DNA of 32,000 nucleotides, taken from the NCBI GenBank assembly GCA_030606485.1, contig JAUWGH010000010.1, forward strand, positions 30,001 through 62,000. The letters run 5' to 3'. Made by a program: the position numbers and the translations under genes. Source of the stretch: Promethearchaeota archaeon (GTDB lineage: Archaea > Asgardarchaeota > Lokiarchaeia > Sigyniarchaeales > SOKP01). Positions 27,905 to 32,000 of the stretch are shown here, piece by piece. The notes under the pieces were generated by a model. The model saw only the letters and a program-made list of their open reading frames with translations. It was not told the DNA's origin and searched no databases. Position 1 is the first letter of the stretch. The number at the start of each line of letters is the position of its first letter.

Positions 27905-28585
27905 TTATAATAAAATTTTTAATACTTTATCAACACTCGATTTATTTTGCTTTAATCTCCCTGAAAAATAAGTAATTAGGTGATATACACATTCCGAAAG
28001 GGTATTGTAATTAAAAGTAAGGCAGGCAAGCTCAACTTCATAACTTGCGATATGCTTCTGCTTAGCTTTATCAAGAGCGTATTTTGCTAGCTTTATCGTA
28101 TTTTTATGTAATGGTCGTAGCTTTTTAATTTGAGCAATTTTCTTTTTCTCCTGTTTAAATTCCTGATTTGTAAGGTATACAACGTCAACATAACATTTGG
28201 GATTTAAAAAATCTATATGGACAGCCTTGTCCCCCATATGCACTTTAGAATTCTTCTTAAATCCTTTTTTAGCCCTCTCTAAAAGATCCTTTCGAATAGT
28301 ATTCTTATTTTGATCTTTGCCAGTACAAAAAATTATGTCTAAATCGCTCTTCCTAATATCTGTTCGCTTCCCTCGTGATCCACCTTCCTTTATCGCTGCG
28401 ATTTTAAAACCTGTAGTCTTTCGTAGGAAGTTCATAACTCGGTTTAATTTCGAATCATATAATGTCTGGGTTTGAGGATCGGTATTAATTTTCTTTAAAA
28501 ATTCTTTAAGCTTTCTATTCTCTAATTTCTTAAGACTACTCGTTTTTTCCACCTTTGTATATTTATTGAAATAGTATTTTAACAA
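27905..28585 (-). CDS. Pol-beta-superfamily nucleotidyltransferase, OAS/CD-NTase (SMODS)-like
   Basis: GGSRGKRTDIRKSDLDII fits GS-x2-K-x-T-x4-SDxD. Third Asp in YVDVV. C-terminal IKLAKY...IASYEVEL resembles the OAS/CD-NTase lobe. Start is uncertain (TTG). Confidence 0.75.
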   Translation of the reverse strand: MLKYYFNKYTKVEKTSSLKKLENRKLKEFLKKINTDPQTQTLYDSKLNRVMNFLRKTTGFKIAAIKEGGSRGKRTDIRKSDLDIIFCTGKDQNKNTIRKDLLERAKKGFKKNSKVHMGDKAVHIDFLNPKCYVDVVYLTNQEFKQEKKKIAQIKKLRPLHKNTIKLAKYALDKAKQKHIASYEVELACLTFNYNTLSECVYHLITYFSGRLKQNKSSVDKVLKILL

Positions 28586-28766
28586 GAAAATTCGACTATT
28601 TAAATTTATCTTACTTTTTAAGGATCCTTGTTATGGATATCCTTTTGATATATATTCTAAAACTAGATTTTTGTTTTTTCTTAATGTTAGATATTTTGAT
28701 AGTCTGATTTACATGAAATAGAGACATCGTTATTTTTAATAAATTTCCAAATTTTAATCAAAAAAG

Positions 28767-28868
28767 AAGGATAAAGCCCGTTGGTATTTATTTCCTCTAA
28801 AAAACGAGGTTAAGGGCATTGGCGAAAACATTTCGAATATAAATACCGATTTTTGACTTTATCCTTAC
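28767..28868. repeat. Long imperfect palindrome 2 (outer box AAGGATAAAGYC)
   Basis: Outer boxes 28767-28778 and 28855-28866 match 11/12. Inner GGTATTTAT (28783-28791) pairs with ATAAATACC (28839-28847). Shares an exact 17-mer, TTTGACTTTATCCTTAC, with 25832-25848. Confidence 0.75.
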
Positions 28869-28938
28869 AGAAACAATTGATAAATATGTATAAAAAGATC
28901 ACAATTTTTCTTCGCTCTCTCAAATTTTTTAAGGGGTA

Positions 28939-29466
28939 TTAAGAAGAAATTTTCATTTCAGCGATTCTTAGCGCAGCCTTTAGAATGGGCATTATTTTTT
29001 TTTTAATTTTATGTCGGGTTAACTTGCTTTTAAGGCATTCAAATTTATCCTCTTTTTCCTCGTTTTCTTCGCAACATTTTCTAGCTTTATCAAAAATGAA
29101 CAGAAATTGCTCGGAATATGGTTTATCTTTCTGAAATTGATAACTAAAAATCTCATCATCATCAAGGGATTTGAAAAACGCTAAACAAGGAATTTTTGTA
29201 TAACTAATGCCTAACTCTTTCATTAAACTAAAAATCTTGACTGGGGGATTTGGATCTTTTAAATCGTCTAAAATAAAGACGAATACGTCCTCACCGGACA
29301 TGTCGTCTAAAATATTGTAGGATTGGATGACGTAATTTCTTAATTTCTCATGATCCTTATTATATAACAGTAAAGCATATAAATTCCTCCAAGAATTTTT
29401 GATTTCCCCCCAATATTTGTATAAGTCATTAATGTCCATAGTTGGTTTAACAAATATTGCTGCCAT
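28939..29466 (-). CDS. Hypothetical protein, possibly a thioredoxin-like alpha/beta fold without CxxC
   Basis: 175-aa ORF with the pattern YALLLY...LDDMSGEDVFVF...LGISYTKIPCLAFF. The fold guess is inference. Confidence 0.7.
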   Translation of the reverse strand: MAAIFVKPTMDINDLYKYWGEIKNSWRNLYALLLYNKDHEKLRNYVIQSYNILDDMSGEDVFVFILDDLKDPNPPVKIFSLMKELGISYTKIPCLAFFKSLDDDEIFSYQFQKDKPYSEQFLFIFDKARKCCEENEEKEDKFECLKSKLTRHKIKKKIMPILKAALRIAEMKISS

Positions 29467-29564
29467 TTAAATCGCTCTATTGTCATGAAATGCTAATAAT
29501 AAACTATTGTTTTTGATCTATTAAAAATATTTTGACACCCAAGTCGACACTTGAAATTAAAGAA

Positions 29565-29846
29565 TCAATCAGTTAAACTAACCAAGAACTTACAATTTTT
29601 ACAATATATAAAAGGATTATGAACCTTTAATTGTAAAGGAGTCTCGCATTTGGAACATATAATATTTCTTTCAGGAATAAGACCTACTATAAACTGACAT
29701 TCACCGCAATAGACAAAGGGCTTTTGAACCTCTAATTCGAAGGGCTTATCGCAAGCCGGGCATCTAGCACTATGCTCATGAAAAATAGTTTCAATCCCTT
29801 CTACATTGTAAATATTCATTACTTCCGAATACATTTTCCATATCAT
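29565..29846 (-). CDS. Small double zinc-ribbon protein
   Basis: Four CxxC motifs arranged as two tandem CxxC-x-P-x9-PF(V/I)YCxxC units. Confidence 0.8.
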   Translation of the reverse strand: MIWKMYSEVMNIYNVEGIETIFHEHSARCPACDKPFELEVQKPFVYCGECQFIVGLIPERNIICSKCETPLQLKVHNPFIYCKNCKFLVSLTD

Positions 29847-29985
29847 TCTTTTAGTTAATATTCTGTATTAGGGATTTTAAAATACGCATATTTAAAGAAA
29901 AAATTTGAAGTGATTTGAATTGAGAGAATTTTTTTATTTAAATATCATGAGTTAAAATTACCATTAAAACAAAAAATGATGTATC

Positions 29986-30276
29986 GTGAAAAATGAAAAA
30001 AAAGAGATCTACACTACCACTTGGAGAAATAAATGGATAACGTCTAATGCAGGTACTATTGATGATTTTATTTCGATATTTGAAGAATTGACAGAGATGT
30101 TTCGAAGATGGAAGAAAGCAGGGATTAAGCTCGATTCTAATAGTGGAATTGGGGATGATTATGCTGATTTTTATACTGAGGATAAGGAGGTCGCAATTAG
30201 AGAAGATTTTGCGTGCAAGTATGAAGATGGAAGAGAATTCCTTCCTACTCGATCGGGTAATGAAGTGTTTCTTTGA
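29986..30276 (+). CDS. Small acidic hypothetical protein
   Basis: 96-aa ORF with GTG start, overlapping the next ORF by 4 bp. Confidence 0.65.
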   Translation: MKNEKKEIYTTTWRNKWITSNAGTIDDFISIFEELTEMFRRWKKAGIKLDSNSGIGDDYADFYTEDKEVAIREDFACKYEDGREFLPTRSGNEVFL

Positions 30277-30527
30277 ATATGATGTATGACGCTAGGGACG
30301 ATATTCAGGAATATATCGAGCAGAAAATTAGAGAGCTATTAGAAGAACCGATGAATAAATATCAGGATCCAAACTGGGTACAAGCAGTTACTCTCTTCGA
30401 ACAATTGATAGTACCATTGGACATTTATATAATGGATAAATGCTCCAAGGATTATACCACTAAAATTAGTTTTATCCAAATATCGGAAAAAATTTATGGG
30501 CTCAGTATATTTATTATATCCATTTGA
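30273..30527 (+). CDS. Small hypothetical protein, C-terminus possibly frameshifted
   Basis: 84-aa ORF coupled to the previous ORF. Confidence 0.55.
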   Translation: MNMMYDARDDIQEYIEQKIRELLEEPMNKYQDPNWVQAVTLFEQLIVPLDIYIMDKCSKDYTTKISFIQISEKIYGLSIFIISI

Positions 30528-30639
30528 GAATTTTATAGGGAGTACAATTTTTAACAATTTTAGAGAAATAAAAGGGTACTTCTTTAATCATTAAAAATAT
30601 TCAATATCTTTTTCTTTTAAATATGCGCATTTTATAAGA

Positions 30640-31044
30640 TTGCAAATAAAAATCATAGTGATAATTATGAAAAAAAAAGAAGTTAAATTTATACAAGGAA
30701 ATTATGAACGGATTAAAGAAATAAGCAATTATTCTGGAGTTTCTTTCGATAAAGTCCTTAACGTCTCGTTGCTATCTGGAATTAAAGAATATTGGGGTAA
30801 AATAGTTAAAATCGTAAATAATTTTCCCGGATGTCTTTTGCCGGAAAATGAGAATTATGAGATAGTGCAGGACCTATTTGTTACACTCGGCAAAAAAATT
30901 GAATCTGAATATGAAGGAATAAAAGAGGTTGAGGCAATGGAAAGAGAATTTGATGAGATATATCCTGTTGGATATTTTGGAGATTTAGAAATAAGACATG
31001 AAGAATTCATAAAATTTTTAGATAGTACCAAAAAACGGTCATAG
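30640..31044 (+). CDS. Hypothetical protein (likely start ATG 30667)
   Basis: 134-aa ORF with an RHH-like short N-terminus and an acidic helical C-terminus. Confidence 0.6.
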   Translation: MQIKIIVIIMKKKEVKFIQGNYERIKEISNYSGVSFDKVLNVSLLSGIKEYWGKIVKIVNNFPGCLLPENENYEIVQDLFVTLGKKIESEYEGIKEVEAMEREFDEIYPVGYFGDLEIRHEEFIKFLDSTKKRS

Positions 31045-31228
31045 AGATAATGGTTAATACATATTTAAAATATATATTCTCTTGAAACTTGCATTCGCTA
31101 CAATAAATAAATGGCTTCTGAGTCTTTATTTTGAATGGTCTCTCACAAACCGGACATTTAGCCTTATAATCTTCAAAAAGAGAATTAATACTTTCAATAC
31201 TGCTAATAATCACTACTTCTGAATACAT
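31007..31228 (-). pseudogene. Diverged paralog of the 5' half of the zinc-ribbon gene 29565..29846
   Basis: MYSEV...KCPVCERPFKIKTQKPFIYCSECKF versus MYSEV...RCPACDKPFELEVQKPFVYCGECQF. The tail is unrelated and overlaps the convergent ORF; the upstream DNA is also similar. Confidence 0.7.
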
Positions 31229-31383
31229 TTTACTTACTCATTTTAGTTGATGTTCTTATTGTTAATAATTTAAAATAGACATTTATAAAGAAATAAATAA
31301 AAAAAAAGCCTGAAGTTGAAATTTTTTCTTTTTTATTTATAAATGTTTAGTTGAAAAATATTTTAAAAAAATAATATTTGGAG

Positions 31384-32000
31384 ATGAAGAATATGGAAAT
31401 TGTAGAATATGAGTTTAAAAAATATCATGTAGAAGATTATAGAGATTTCTTACGAGACTTCTGGAACGAATCAGAATTTGAAGGTAATATCTATTACGAG
31501 TATGAGAGAAGGAGATATGGTCGAACTGAAGCGTATTGTAAAACCTTTCTTCCTAAAATTGGAAAATTGGAGAAAATAATTCTTCGAAGCTTTCCGGAGA
31601 TTAACATTCATAATTATGGTTTAATTGATCACGATATAGAATTTGTAGGTGATGAGGGAAAAATTCACTGCGGAGAGAATTTTTATTGGGGCTATAAAGG
31701 TGGTGGTCCTGGTGATTTTCATACCTTATTAGAACTGCTTGGTCTAGATATTACATATGATGAGATCGCAAATATACCACAAGAACTTAAAAAACCTTTT
31801 GAAATTCACTTAAAAGAAAAGAAAAAATACTTTATTGAAGATCCTGATGACCATTGGATCTGGATGTATACGAAAAGTAGTATAAATTATTGCAGGCAGA
31901 ACCTATCAAAGATCGGAAAAATTAGTAAAGTTGTCCTTTCGATTCCACCAGATATCACTTGGGGCTATGAAGGTACGAAAATAATCGGAGAGAATGGTAT
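31384..32000 (+). CDS. Hypothetical protein with an internal repeat, runs off the window end
   Basis: Own translation MKNMEIVEYEFKKYHVEDY...YCKTFLPKIGKLEKIIL...FYWGYKGGGPGDF...YCRQNLSKIGKISKVVL...; no stop to 32000. Not in the ORF track. Confidence 0.8.
   Translation, partial: MKNMEIVEYEFKKYHVEDYRDFLRDFWNESEFEGNIYYEYERRRYGRTEAYCKTFLPKIGKLEKIILRSFPEINIHNYGLIDHDIEFVGDEGKIHCGENFYWGYKGGGPGDFHTLLELLGLDITYDEIANIPQELKKPFEIHLKEKKKYFIEDPDDHWIWMYTKSSINYCRQNLSKIGKISKVVLSIPPDITWGYEGTKIIGENG

Noticed and set aside
27905-28585. Complete CBASS operon
   Set aside because: No recognisable effector or ancillary cap genes are adjacent.
25708-28868. Canonical integron attC sites or an integron
   Set aside because: No RYYYAAC/GTTRRRY boxes and no integron integrase in the window. 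Kept only as an architectural analogy.
30339-30557. ORF 30339..30557 (-)
   Set aside because: Antisense to 30273..30527, which is translationally coupled to its upstream gene.
1-32000. CRISPR array, tRNA, rRNA, intact transposase or integrase
   Set aside because: No regularly spaced repeat-spacer series, cloverleaf or rRNA-like GC-rich stretch, and no complete DDE or tyrosine recombinase motif set, was seen by eye.

Overview
Very AT-rich archaeal accessory region. It is probably from an Asgard (Lokiarchaeia-like) genome; this is inferred from an archaeal-type radA remnant and the style of the protein families, and was not verified by search. A few ordinary enzymes (Ldh_2 dehydrogenase, class I glutamine amidotransferase, B12-radical SAM, GNAT, TPR) are mixed with many hypothetical genes, pseudogene fragments and several families of dispersed non-coding repeats. 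Top candidate system (7.9-11.5 kb): a secreted precursor built as signal peptide, rhodanese, pro-domain, Gly linker and an 8-Cys hydrophobic tip resembling halocin C8. It is followed by a membrane immunity-like gene and then a 5'-truncated orphan copy of the pro-domain carrying a different 76-aa, 8-Cys tip. This is the layout of a polymorphic toxin locus. Second signal: two families of 260-350 bp upstream elements (3 and 2 copies) share a 33-bp head motif and precede unrelated cargo genes, one of which is bracketed by direct repeats. Also present are two long imperfect palindromes with a conserved outer box, scattered copies of a zinc-ribbon gene end, and a small OAS/CD-NTase-like nucleotidyltransferase between 93-bp direct repeats. 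No integrase, tRNA, rRNA or CRISPR array was seen. All alignments were done by hand.
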